64,000 bases of DNA, from the UHGV virus genome UHGV-1352889; one strand, written 5' to 3'. Positions 55,507 through 64,000 of the stretch are shown piece after piece. The stretch comes from a virus. The stretch's first letter is position 1. The number at the start of each line of letters is the position of its first letter. The notes below the pieces were generated by a model, which did no database searches, was not told the origin of the DNA, and saw nothing but the letters and a program-made list of their open reading frames with translations. The position numbers and the translations under genes were made by a program.

Positions 55507-56022
55507 CTATATCCTTTCTATATCCCAGTTGTCGAGGGTCAGTGTGTGGTCGTCGTTCAGTTCCCGGTACGCGTACAATAGAATGAGAAGAGCGTCCGCG
55601 TTCTGCAATGTCACCTTCGCGCCGGGGAAGTTCTCCATCGCGATGCGTTTCAGGTTGTTCTTCCACTTGGTCCGGTCCCTTGCGGTTAGTCCCGTATCAT
55701 ACGCGCCCATAGCCCGCATCCATACGATTGGGGAAACCTTTGTGACGGTGTACCCTGCCGCCGCGGCGTAACCGAGGACCTTCCCGGTTGCCTCTCCCAA
55801 TACGCCACTACTTCTCGGATTGGACACCTTGCCGCCTCCGCTCATGGCATAGCTCATCTTCTCAATGTACATGATACGATGACGGCTACGTGGCAGTTTG
55901 TTCAATATGATTTCCAGTTCCCTTTCGTCTTCTGGCATGTGCTTTATCCAGATTTTCTTGCTCCGGGTGTCCGCGAGTACAAGGGCGCCGTGGGTTCCGG
56001 GGTCAACTCCTACTAGTTGCAT
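55507..56022 (-). CDS. RuvC-like Holliday junction resolvase
   Basis: N-terminus MQLVGVDPGTHGALVLAD resembles the RuvC catalytic Asp motif. Its stop codon at 55507-55509 abuts the terL ATG. Confidence 0.6.
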   Translation of the reverse strand: MQLVGVDPGTHGALVLADTRSKKIWIKHMPEDERELEIILNKLPRSRHRIMYIEKMSYAMSGGGKVSNPRSSGVLGEATGKVLGYAAAAGYTVTKVSPIVWMRAMGAYDTGLTARDRTKWKNNLKRIAMENFPGAKVTLQNADALLILLYAYRELNDDHTLTLDNWDIERI

Positions 56023-56060
56023 AGGAGAATATATCCCACAAAGTCCAGAAGGTCAAGCAC

Positions 56061-56094
56061 AAAAATAAGACGGCCACCCCGGTATGGGATGGCC
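56061..56094 (-). terminator. intrinsic terminator between the ssDNA-binding-like gene and ruvC
   Basis: Hairpin GGCCAYCCC/GGGATGGCC at 56072-56094, followed on the minus strand by UCUUAUUUUUG. Confidence 0.45.
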
Positions 56095-56164
56095 GAATGG
56101 AACGTGCTCCTTTTTTACCCGCAATGCGGTGCTACGGGATAAACCCGTCAGAGCCGGGAGGGGG

Positions 56165-56932
56165 TTACTTAGTTACCGCGGAAAGGAGGCCCATCTCTTG
56201 GATGGCTTCAACCTGTCCTTCCACCGGGTGCGGTTTGAACTTGAGGAACGCTTTGGCGTAGCTGTTCTTACCGTCACGGGAGACGGCGCGTTGTGCACCA
56301 ATCTGCACACGGAAGGGCAGGGAGCCGAGCTTGTTCCCCTTCAACATCATGAACTGGATGAAGGGAGCACCAACGCCCGTGTACTGATTACCTTCCGGAG
56401 TGTATCGTGCCAGCGTCCACTGGTCGCCCATGAAGTCAATGGTGAAGAGAGCGTCAAGGTCATCCTCGGTGGTACTTGCGTCCTTAATACCCTGCGGCTT
56501 CTTAACCAGTAGCCACATGGCAAGGGCACGGTTGACCTGCGACTTGTCGAATCCTTCTGCTTCATACTCTTCCTTCGTATTCCACGTCTTGGCATATACG
56601 CCGGGCTGACGTTCGTTGTACGGGATGTATTCGCGGAAGAACTTACGAGCCTTCAATACGATACATTCAAGAGGATTATTGCGCTCGGCAACGACCAGAC
56701 CGTTGAGAAGGAACGCACCCAAACTGCCAATCGGTTCTTCCAGTTTAGCCTCATCGCAAGAGGCTTGCCAAAGTTTGAGGTAAGGAATCTGGATATCCGA
56801 AGCGTCGGTCTCGCCCTCGAAGGAGTGGTATTCCGTAGCGGTTGCGAGTTGATTGGGTTCGGGAGTTCCCAGTTCCAATGCGTCTCCCGGGTCTATTCCC
56901 AAGGTTTCGTGTTCTGTTTTCTTAGTAGCCAT
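56165..56932 (-). CDS. putative ssDNA-binding/annealing protein (255 aa)
   Basis: Position between the Cas4-like nuclease and the resolvase, as in the common phage nuclease/SSB/PolA/helicase replication module. No motif was verified. Confidence 0.35.
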   Translation of the reverse strand: MATKKTEHETLGIDPGDALELGTPEPNQLATATEYHSFEGETDASDIQIPYLKLWQASCDEAKLEEPIGSLGAFLLNGLVVAERNNPLECIVLKARKFFREYIPYNERQPGVYAKTWNTKEEYEAEGFDKSQVNRALAMWLLVKKPQGIKDASTTEDDLDALFTIDFMGDQWTLARYTPEGNQYTGVGAPFIQFMMLKGNKLGSLPFRVQIGAQRAVSRDGKNSYAKAFLKFKPHPVEGQVEAIQEMGLLSAVTK

Positions 56933-57008
56933 AGTATTCGTTTATTCTTGGTTTTGGGTTGAGGGCTTCTTTGGCGAGTGAACTACCCTCGGTAACTTCT
57001 CTGACGTG

Positions 57009-57036
57009 ACTATATCACAAGTTCGTGAAATGTCAA
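57009..57036 (-). promoter_or_regulatory. consensus sigma70-type promoter TTGACA-N16-TATAGT
   Basis: Read on the minus strand about 75 nt upstream of the ATG at 56932. Confidence 0.55.
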
Positions 57037-57041
57037 GATGT

Positions 57042-58256
57042 TTATTTGATTTTGAGCAAAGCCATCGCGCTCGTCACTTCTTTCACTACTCCAAGTTCTT
57101 GAAGCTCTTCGAGTAAGGATTCCTTGGCTTCTTTCATCTCGGCACGTGTGGCTCCTTCAACTTTGTTTTTATCTACCACCATGTCAAGAAGCTTCGACAC
57201 AGGGAGGCGGGAGATGCTGTCCAGAATTTCCTCTGGGGAAATGTACTGCTCGACGTAGGCACGGAAGGCATCGTTGTCCACCTTTACGGTATTACCTCGC
57301 CGTGCATACTTCCATCCGGGAACATCAACGCCGCAAGCGAAGAGGGTCTTGGCATAGTCCTTATGCACCTTGTTGGCCTCCGCGATAATGTTCGCAAAGG
57401 AAAGAAGGGAGCCAAGGGTTTCCGGGTTGTCCATCGCCGTACCGACGCTATCAATCATCCCTTCGGCTAGGTCCTTGTCCTTCAACACTTTGAGCGAGAA
57501 GTTACGGGCCATGCTAGTCACCTTCTTACACCGGGCGAGACGGGAACAGTAGGGGCAGACGTGCGGAGAGGATGAGTAAGCGTAGGGGTTCTCCGCGTCA
57601 CGGCAATGGCGGGCAATGACTGCGGACATGTTTCCCCTTGCGGTAGCCTCGTCCATAGGGACTGCGGACATGTCGGTGGTGAACTTCGGCCCCTTACCGT
57701 CGCGGTAGAACGCCGCAATCTTCATGCTTTCGGTCTGGCTGGGTTGTACCACCGCGAGGATAATGCGCTTACATTCAGGGCGTTCTGCCATTTCCAGCAA
57801 ACCATAGTAGATGAACTGGGTATTCTCGGCAGGGTCAGAGACAGGGACCATCCCCATTTTGTAGTCGATAATCATGGAAGTATCACCATGCCGGACAAGA
57901 ACGTCAGCCGTTCCGGTTTGTGCTTCGTCGTCTGGGTTGAAGACGATTCCTTCAAACTTGTGTTCCGGGAGTACTTCTACCTTGTCCGTTTGTACCTCGG
58001 TTGCGAAGATGGACATGAGCCTATCCACCATGTTGGATGCCGCAGTGTAGAGGATGTGCTCATGCTTGGTAAGAAGGGATTCTGGGTTCTTGGTTTCGAG
58101 GGCCGCGTGAACACGGGTCCCAATGGCCGCCGGGGAGAAGTCATCCTCTTCTTCCTCTTTAGTCATGGGGCGTGGGACATATCCGGGACAGGTGGCGAGC
58201 AATGCCATCTTACTCGGACTGTACTTGCTGTGAGTGTTGGTTTCGTTATAGGCCAT
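57042..58256 (-). CDS. PD-(D/E)XK nuclease with C-terminal Cys cluster (Cas4/RecB-like, DUF2800-type)
   Basis: The D...IIDYKMG (D/E-x-K) core and CPYCSRLARC Cys cluster are present. It lies next to the polymerase and helicase. Confidence 0.55.
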   Translation of the reverse strand: MAYNETNTHSKYSPSKMALLATCPGYVPRPMTKEEEEDDFSPAAIGTRVHAALETKNPESLLTKHEHILYTAASNMVDRLMSIFATEVQTDKVEVLPEHKFEGIVFNPDDEAQTGTADVLVRHGDTSMIIDYKMGMVPVSDPAENTQFIYYGLLEMAERPECKRIILAVVQPSQTESMKIAAFYRDGKGPKFTTDMSAVPMDEATARGNMSAVIARHCRDAENPYAYSSSPHVCPYCSRLARCKKVTSMARNFSLKVLKDKDLAEGMIDSVGTAMDNPETLGSLLSFANIIAEANKVHKDYAKTLFACGVDVPGWKYARRGNTVKVDNDAFRAYVEQYISPEEILDSISRLPVSKLLDMVVDKNKVEGATRAEMKEAKESLLEELQELGVVKEVTSAMALLKIK

Positions 58257-60672
58257 TTGATGTTAATGCGTTAAAACAAATTTCTTTAATATTGAGTGAT
58301 TGTATGATTCGTTCTTCCACTGTACCAGAGGCAGTCACAATGTACTGCAAGGTGTGTGACTTAGCACCAAGACGGGCAATGCGTCCTTGTGCCTGAACCA
58401 GATTAACCAGTGAAAAATCTAAGTTAATGAGAGATGCTCTAGGGTTACTTCCTGTCGTATCGTGAAGTGAAACTCCTGCGCCCCCTGCACTGATTTGTAC
58501 TAAGGCTAATCTATTAGTATTGTTTTGGAATTTAGTTATTTCATTGTCTCGGTCATTCCCTGTAACTCGTCCACTTATCTCGGAGTAAGAGATGTCCTTA
58601 CCTGCTTCTTCGTTGATTAAGTTGCTTAGACTGTCTAGACTGTCTATGAACGCAAGGAAAATCACTACGCTATAGCCACTGTCTAAAAGTTCTACTGCTT
58701 TTTTAGAGAGGGCAGGAAGCTTAGCCAGTTCCGATTGCTGACGAAGCCGCAGGAGTTCCACGATAGCGGGAAGTTCGGTTCCCTTCTCGTTAGCCCGTTC
58801 GATGGACTGGTCCCATGATTTGTCCAGCTTGTCAAGTGCTTTCTGTAATTGTTTAATCTCTCTCATACCTTTCATGTCCACGTCCACGGACAGATATTCG
58901 ATTCTATTCTCTGGGAAGAAAGTGTCAAGCTTTTCCTTGTCAATCTCTGTCATAACCCCCGCAGTGTAGAGCTTTTGTTTCAGGCTCTCCATCATGGCGT
59001 GGTTACGTGGGTTGAGCTTGAACTCAATGCCTCCCCAGAAACAGTCGGTGCATCCGTGCATGCGTGCCCAGAGCCAGAACCCGCGCCGGGGGTCTTGAAT
59101 CCACTTGGCATACGTCGCGGGGACGCTCATGTCGAGAGGGGAGATAAAAGGTGTGGCAGAGAGCATAATCGTCGGAAGTCCTTGATGAGCCGCGGTTAAT
59201 GCCATTATGTTGCTCTGACTTCCATAGGTCTTGGCCTTGTGGCTTTCATCGAAAATGAGTAATGAGTTGTTAGGAAGATTCCATGTACCAAAAACAACAC
59301 GAGACTTAGGAATCTTTGTGGGGCGTTTGTAGTAGGGAGTACCGCCTCTGCGCACCTTCTCCCATGAGAGGACTTCTATATATTCTACTCCTTGTTGTTC
59401 GAAGGCTCGCTTCCATTGGGTCACGACGATGGCGGGACAGACTACTAACGGCTTGAGATTTAATGTGCTCGACGTTTCTATTGCGCATAAAGTATTGTGA
59501 GTAATTGTAAAATCTCCGAGCAAGCAATGCGGTTCTTCCTTTAGAGTGAATCCGAAGTACTCTCCTTTTCCTATAGGCTCTAGCTTAAAACTATCTCCCA
59601 CTCGCCCCATAGTTTCTCCCTGCCAAGCCTTCTGGGGAATTTGTTTTCTCTTTAGTCTTGTGGGGATTATATGGATAGGACCAGTTATAAGTATCAAGTA
59701 GCATTGCGACTTGGCATGGCCGTTCTGATGCCCCGCTTGCATTGAAGTTTTCAGGCCCAAGGAATTTGCTAAAAATTGAACTCCTTTCAGTATATCTTCA
59801 TTAGTATTACTAAATTGTAATACGTGTTTAGGAGCATAGTAACAACCATCTGTATCAATTAACCCTGCTAAAAGTTGGAGACGGTCTTCTCGACTTGCTG
59901 TTAAATAATTATGAAGGATTGTCTTATATGGAGTATCTCCTTGACATACTCTCCTAATTACTCGGTAGGGGGTTTCCGCATCTTCTTTGCCTTTAATGAT
60001 ATGCCATTGAGCACATTGAGTGGACACGCCGTTGAAGTACGGTCCCGTTAATTTCCACCCCTCCTTACGGCAAGTTTCCTCCACTGCCTCTTTAATTTCA
60101 TGGTCATTGACGTTAATTGATATTTTAGCTCCATACTCTCGGACGGAGGTCCCATCTCCCAAATAAGCTCCTACGAAATAAGGGTCCAACGGCAGTTCCT
60201 TTTCTTCAAAATCTACCGAAGCTGTCACGAGCCTTGCACGCTTCCTCAAAGTAGGGGCTATGGCCATAAACTCTGAAATTGTGTAGTCATGAAGTTTTCC
60301 CTGCACATTTCGCCAAAAAGGTCGTAAAGAAGGTTCTGCGGGACTTACCGCAAATTGAACCGTGAGAATATGAGAGGCATTACAGGTCCAAGGCTTACCA
60401 CGTCTGGGAATGACTTTGTACATTTCTTCCTCCCCGTGAGCTAAACTGGTAATTGTTCGAGGCTTGGAATCAGGTCCCATTAACTGGTCCCCTACTTTCA
60501 AGGTTTCTACCGGAACTATGGTTCCATCATATTTGAGCATAGGGGTCCCCTTCCCCCAGCATTTACCACATCCTGTGGCACTTGTGTTAATAGTATAGCC
60601 TTGAGTTTTAATGGCTTCTACCATCTCGTTTATACATTGTTGTTGCGGAGGGAAGGGAACTAGAGGTTTCAT
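58246..60672 (-). CDS. SF2 helicase (DExH) interrupted by an intein
   Basis: Exteins carry Walker A GCGK|T (restored across the intein), DESH motif II, LSATP motif III and QAQGRIARLG motif VI. The extein is 452 aa and the intein 356 aa. Confidence 0.8.
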   Translation of the reverse strand: MKPLVPFPPQQQCINEMVEAIKTQGYTINTSATGCGKCWGKGTPMLKYDGTIVPVETLKVGDQLMGPDSKPRTITSLAHGEEEMYKVIPRRGKPWTCNASHILTVQFAVSPAEPSLRPFWRNVQGKLHDYTISEFMAIAPTLRKRARLVTASVDFEEKELPLDPYFVGAYLGDGTSVREYGAKISINVNDHEIKEAVEETCRKEGWKLTGPYFNGVSTQCAQWHIIKGKEDAETPYRVIRRVCQGDTPYKTILHNYLTASREDRLQLLAGLIDTDGCYYAPKHVLQFSNTNEDILKGVQFLANSLGLKTSMQAGHQNGHAKSQCYLILITGPIHIIPTRLKRKQIPQKAWQGETMGRVGDSFKLEPIGKGEYFGFTLKEEPHCLLGDFTITHNTLCAIETSSTLNLKPLVVCPAIVVTQWKRAFEQQGVEYIEVLSWEKVRRGGTPYYKRPTKIPKSRVVFGTWNLPNNSLLIFDESHKAKTYGSQSNIMALTAAHQGLPTIMLSATPFISPLDMSVPATYAKWIQDPRRGFWLWARMHGCTDCFWGGIEFKLNPRNHAMMESLKQKLYTAGVMTEIDKEKLDTFFPENRIEYLSVDVDMKGMREIKQLQKALDKLDKSWDQSIERANEKGTELPAIVELLRLRQQSELAKLPALSKKAVELLDSGYSVVIFLAFIDSLDSLSNLINEEAGKDISYSEISGRVTGNDRDNEITKFQNNTNRLALVQISAGGAGVSLHDTTGSNPRASLINLDFSLVNLVQAQGRIARLGAKSHTLQYIVTASGTVEERIIQSLNIKEICFNALTSNGL
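59494..60561 (-). mobile_element. intein with double-motif LAGLIDADG homing endonuclease, inserted in the helicase P-loop
   Basis: It starts at Cys38 (CWGKGTPMLKYDG) and has block B NASHILT. The LAGLIDADG motifs are FVGAYLGDGTS and LLAGLIDTDGCYY. Block F EPHCLLGDF and block G THN are followed by Thr. Codon checks were done at 60559-60561 (TGC) and 60562-60570 (K, G, C). Confidence 0.85.
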
Positions 60673-60727
60673 GTGTTTGAAATTTGTGATAGGTTTACTA
60701 TAGTAATTCTCTAGTAAATGTCAATCA

Positions 60728-62647
60728 TTATTTTCTGTACTTGTCCATGATTTCAGGTTCGGCAAGGAGCGGAAGGGATGAAGCCCACTGCGGAGTTTCT
60801 TCCATTATCTGTTCGATGCGCTGGGCGTATTCCTCGGCATGGTCAGCCGGAACCATCACTACGGCTTCGTCATGCACGAGAAGGATAGGTTGCGCACCCT
60901 CTAATTCCTTGCACAGGCGGTTGAACGTGCGGACCATGAGGTCACGTGCGATTGACTGGATGTTATTGTTGCTAAGGAGGTTAGTATTGACGATGGAGGA
61001 CTTGTACCCGAAATCGACGCAGGTTGCGAAATAGGGACGACGACCGTCCTTGGGTTGAATGAGTTTCTTGTAACAGTTACGATAATAGAGCTTCCGGCCA
61101 GAGGGAAGGGAGAGCGCGAAGCTATGGGAGGGGGTACGATAGCCGCGAGCCGCTAATGCGTCCAACTCTCTCCACCATGCTACCACTTCTGGGCTACGAC
61201 TGCGGTACATGTCCACAATCGCTTGGCACTGGTCCCTGTCCATTCCGGGGTTCGAGCGTTGAATAGCCTTCCATCCAGCACTAAAGCCGCAAGCAAGTAC
61301 CCCCGCCTTCACATGCTGACGAAGGTCCGCTTGCCCCGGAGTTTCCTTGCAGTACTGTTTGAAGTCCTTGACATCCGCGGGGATGAGGCCCCAACCTTTC
61401 GCGTTAGCGGCATAGATGTCCTTCTCACCAGCACGGAGGGTATCAAGAATTTTCTCCTGCCCGCAGAGCCAAGCGGTCAGACGTGCTTCAATCCCAGCCC
61501 AGTCACATACCACGAGCTTATACCCTTCGGGTGCTTGAATGGCGTTGCGCTGGTTAAAGCCCAGAACGTCTTCACGGTTAAGCTGTTGCAGGTTGAGCTT
61601 ATCTCCCCCGGCAGTCCAACGGCCCGTACTTGCGCCACAATAGGTCAGGGTGTAGGGGAGACGTTCTATCCCTTCATGGTCAGTATAGACGCGGGAAAGC
61701 ATACGCTCGGTAATGCTAATCATGCGGTTCACGCTCCTGTACTTCCCGATAAGAGTTACCCACGGAACGAGGTGGCCATACTCTTCCAGCCAGTCCGTAA
61801 AATCTTCGCTGGACTTGCTGGTGGTTGTGGGGGGCGGGATGTTCAGTTCCTCGCACGCTCTACGTAGTTGGGGAATGGAGAGTTTCTTTTCAAGCGGGAT
61901 AGCTTCCTTGTATTCCTCCTGCGCCTGATGGAGTTTCTCCAATCCGTCAAGAAGATACTGGCGGGAAGTAGGAACTCCGCGCCATCCCATGATGCAGGTA
62001 TTGAGCCAACAGGCGCGTTCATCTTCCGGCCAGAAGTTCTTCATCTTGTCCCACAAGGCGAGACAGTAGTAACTATCGCCCGCCACGTATTCCTTCATGT
62101 CGTCGGGGATGACTTCCATCTTGCGGAAGTCAACACCTTCGGCTTTGGCTCGGACTTCCTTGCTAATCTCTACACCCCAAAGCTTTGCGACAATCTTGTC
62201 AAGAGAGCCATAGATGGCGAGATAGTTGGAAGCGGCGCGGGAACAGAGCCATGCCTTGAAGGGCGGCTGGAAGCTTGGCGTGCACGGGATGCCCTTGGAC
62301 CCCGGCGCGTGAAGACCGAAGAGGTAAACGGCATAGTCGAAGCTGGCGTTAAACGCGACGAGGGTTTTGTCCTTCGTAGTTTTCTCCCAGTCAAAATCCT
62401 TCGGATGTCCTACCCAGCAATACTTCCCGTCATAGACGGACATGATGTATGCGTCGAACCGCGGGTCCCTACAATAGGAATGCGGGTCCATGAACTTGAG
62501 GGAATATTTCCCCTCATAATACGTTTCAAAGTCAACGGCAAGAGTATCGCCTGTGAGTTTGGTCTGGTCGTCTGTAATCTCCATTTCATACCCCGGAATG
62601 CGAGGCAGTGAAAATGATATAGGGTTCTTATCTATTTCTTCGTGCAT
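60728..62647 (-). CDS. family A DNA polymerase
   Basis: Motif A DWAGIEAR (DxxxxEhR) and motif C LLVHDEAVV are present. Length is 639 aa. Confidence 0.8.
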   Translation of the reverse strand: MHEEIDKNPISFSLPRIPGYEMEITDDQTKLTGDTLAVDFETYYEGKYSLKFMDPHSYCRDPRFDAYIMSVYDGKYCWVGHPKDFDWEKTTKDKTLVAFNASFDYAVYLFGLHAPGSKGIPCTPSFQPPFKAWLCSRAASNYLAIYGSLDKIVAKLWGVEISKEVRAKAEGVDFRKMEVIPDDMKEYVAGDSYYCLALWDKMKNFWPEDERACWLNTCIMGWRGVPTSRQYLLDGLEKLHQAQEEYKEAIPLEKKLSIPQLRRACEELNIPPPTTTSKSSEDFTDWLEEYGHLVPWVTLIGKYRSVNRMISITERMLSRVYTDHEGIERLPYTLTYCGASTGRWTAGGDKLNLQQLNREDVLGFNQRNAIQAPEGYKLVVCDWAGIEARLTAWLCGQEKILDTLRAGEKDIYAANAKGWGLIPADVKDFKQYCKETPGQADLRQHVKAGVLACGFSAGWKAIQRSNPGMDRDQCQAIVDMYRSRSPEVVAWWRELDALAARGYRTPSHSFALSLPSGRKLYYRNCYKKLIQPKDGRRPYFATCVDFGYKSSIVNTNLLSNNNIQSIARDLMVRTFNRLCKELEGAQPILLVHDEAVVMVPADHAEEYAQRIEQIMEETPQWASSLPLLAEPEIMDKYRK

Positions 62648-63030
62648 TAGTGTTTGGGTGTATTTAGTTGTTCCTTCGCTTGCGCGTAGTATTCTTGGGG
62701 GGTGCTCATAGGAATTCCGGCGGCCCTATCCTTCTTGTACAGTTTCACGGCACGGTTCATGCGGTTCACGACTTCCCGGCATTTTTCGTTTGCGAGGAAT
62801 ATCCCATCCTCAAAGGAGAAACCTTCATCGCGCCCCGTAGCGGCTACTAGGCGCAATGCGAGAATGGCGATGTCGGTTGCCTCCTTTACGCGGTCCTCCG
62901 CGTCAGCTTCCCGGTATTCTTCAATCTCCCACAGAAGATGGCGCAGGAGGTCAGCGGCTGATTCCTCTAATCCCATATAGGAGAAGTGGGAATCAATAGT
63001 TTGGGCGGCGATGGCAATTTCGTTGTACAT
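62647..63030 (-). CDS. MazG-like NTP pyrophosphohydrolase candidate (127 aa)
   Basis: All-alpha protein with HLLWEIEEYRE...EATDIAILALRL, resembling the MazG EExxE/D core. It has an ATGA overlap with the polymerase gene. Confidence 0.35.
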   Translation of the reverse strand: MYNEIAIAAQTIDSHFSYMGLEESAADLLRHLLWEIEEYREADAEDRVKEATDIAILALRLVAATGRDEGFSFEDGIFLANEKCREVVNRMNRAVKLYKKDRAAGIPMSTPQEYYAQAKEQLNTPKH

Positions 63031-63033
63031 AGT

Positions 63034-63294
63034 TTAGAGTGATATGATTATGAAGAAGAGAGTGACCAATGTTGCGGAGAGGCCGAAGATATTGATGTTC
63101 ATGTCCCGGTTACTCCGTTTCAATAGATGTGTGATGGTGATGTAGATGAAGGACCATACCCACAGAACGATGAGGACGAGAATGAGCGAGAAGATGAGGG
63201 AGGCCAGTAGGGGCATACCATTGACCAGAAGGCCCATAAATAGGGAGAGGTAATAGATGCCCATGTAGGGAGATAATTCTGCTAGGTCTTTCAT
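63034..63294 (-). CDS. small membrane protein (86 aa)
   Basis: Start chosen at the ATG at 63294 inside ORF 63034..63474. Two hydrophobic helices. Confidence 0.4.
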   Translation of the reverse strand: MKDLAELSPYMGIYYLSLFMGLLVNGMPLLASLIFSLILVLIVLWVWSFIYITITHLLKRSNRDMNINIFGLSATLVTLFFIIISL

Positions 63295-63299
63295 GATGT

Positions 63300-63623
63300 C
63301 TATACGTTGATACCCATCCAGTGGCAGAAGAGGAAGGGGGCAATAAAGAAGGCAGTACCGAGAATGACCAGTCCGTAGAACTTGTGCTCCTTCTTCGGAA
63401 TGGATATCATGGCCGCGGCAAAGAGAATCAGAATCAGGCTCATGCCGACAACGGTCAAGAAGCACATCATCCAAGAAGACTGGGGCAGGTGTGATTTAAG
63501 GTACGTGACAAAGATTAAAGGACAGAAGAAGGCATACGGAAGCATCCGTACCATGTCCATGAAGTTATCCTTAAATCTGTCAGAGTAGTCCATGTTTTCC
63601 AATGTCATAAGTCTTTTGGGCAT
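63300..63623 (-). CDS. membrane protein (107 aa, 3 TM)
   Basis: ORF with hydrophobic segments. Confidence 0.45.
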   Translation of the reverse strand: MPKRLMTLENMDYSDRFKDNFMDMVRMLPYAFFCPLIFVTYLKSHLPQSSWMMCFLTVVGMSLILILFAAAMISIPKKEHKFYGLVILGTAFFIAPFLFCHWMGINV

Positions 63624-63635
63624 AAGAGGTTAGAC

Positions 63636-64000
63636 TTAGAATTCGGCTTCATTGGCTTCCTGCACATCAATAATCCAGTCAAGACTGTCAATGCACTTGT
63701 TCAGCTGGTCACGCTTCTGGCTAAGCTCGTACCGGTCGCGGAGGTTCTGGTTCTGCGCCTTCAAGTTGGCGAGACGTTCATTGGACGGGCGTCCCAGCTT
63801 CTTGCCATTCTTGCTATAGCCGGGGCGGGGAGAATCCGCAACCGTGGTAACGTGCGTACTATTCATCAAGTTGCCAAGACCGTCAAGGAGATTGATGAGC
63901 TTGACAATGCGGTTGTGGTTATTGCGAAGGGACTTCAATTCCTCTTCGGCTTTTTCCACCTGTGAGCGAAGCTCGGATTCAAGAGCTTTCAACTCGGTAA
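63636..64000 (-). CDS. coiled-coil protein, probably 5'-partial at the window edge
   Basis: The ORF-track start at 63992 is a TTG codon and the frame stays open to position 64000. Confidence 0.4.
   Translation of the reverse strand, partial: TELKALESELRSQVEKAEEELKSLRNNHNRIVKLINLLDGLGNLMNSTHVTTVADSPRPGYSKNGKKLGRPSNERLANLKAQNQNLRDRYELSQKRDQLNKCIDSLDWIIDVQEANEAEF

Noticed and set aside
13865-57041. tRNA genes in the larger intergenic gaps (13865-13987, 24692-24794, 41472-41609, 46829-47040, 56023-56164, 56933-57041)
   Set aside because: No cloverleaf-compatible sequences were found. The gaps are instead explained by hairpin terminators and promoters.

Overview
This window reads as a large segment of a tailed dsDNA phage genome (Caudoviricetes). 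No integrase or repressor was seen, so it is probably virulent; no tRNA or CRISPR array was found. Layout: (i) 1-590 is a non-coding, repeat-dense region made of an iteron array, short tandem repeats, a symmetric 4-1-4 G-rich 9-mer array around TATATATA units, and a CACGTG-core palindrome. It may be an origin, packaging site or genome terminus. (ii) 1.3-13.9 kb is a plus-strand early module of about 22 mostly small genes. At least five carry a near-identical sigma70-like promoter (TTGACA-N16-TAAAnT) followed by a hairpin and a conserved A-rich, mostly Shine-Dalgarno-less leader. A second conserved upstream motif (TTAGAAACCTCA...) precedes five downstream genes. This module ends with an NAD-dependent DNA ligase, ThyX, a DUF3310-like protein and a bidirectional intrinsic terminator at about 13.88 kb. 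(iii) 14-64 kb is essentially one long minus-strand gene train. It encodes a family-A DNA polymerase, an SF2 helicase whose P-loop is interrupted by a full-length intein with a LAGLIDADG homing endonuclease, a Cas4-like PD-(D/E)XK nuclease, a putative ssDNA-binding protein and a RuvC-like resolvase. These run directly into the large terminase, then a probable portal, scaffold and major capsid protein, structural, tail and fibre-like proteins, a lysis region, a tandem array of five about 80-aa paralogs, a protein with five CxxC-x10-PCxxC repeats, three tandem about 41-aa single-TM peptides, and a giant 3214-aa virion protein carrying an HExxH motif. Late-strand intergenic regions hold GC-rich hairpin terminators next to canonical TTGACA-N16-TATnnT promoters, some so close to the ATG that leaderless mRNAs are implied. 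Most genes lack a Shine-Dalgarno sequence. Many long antisense 'shadow' ORFs in the supplied ORF track are artefacts of sense-strand codon bias and are not annotated.
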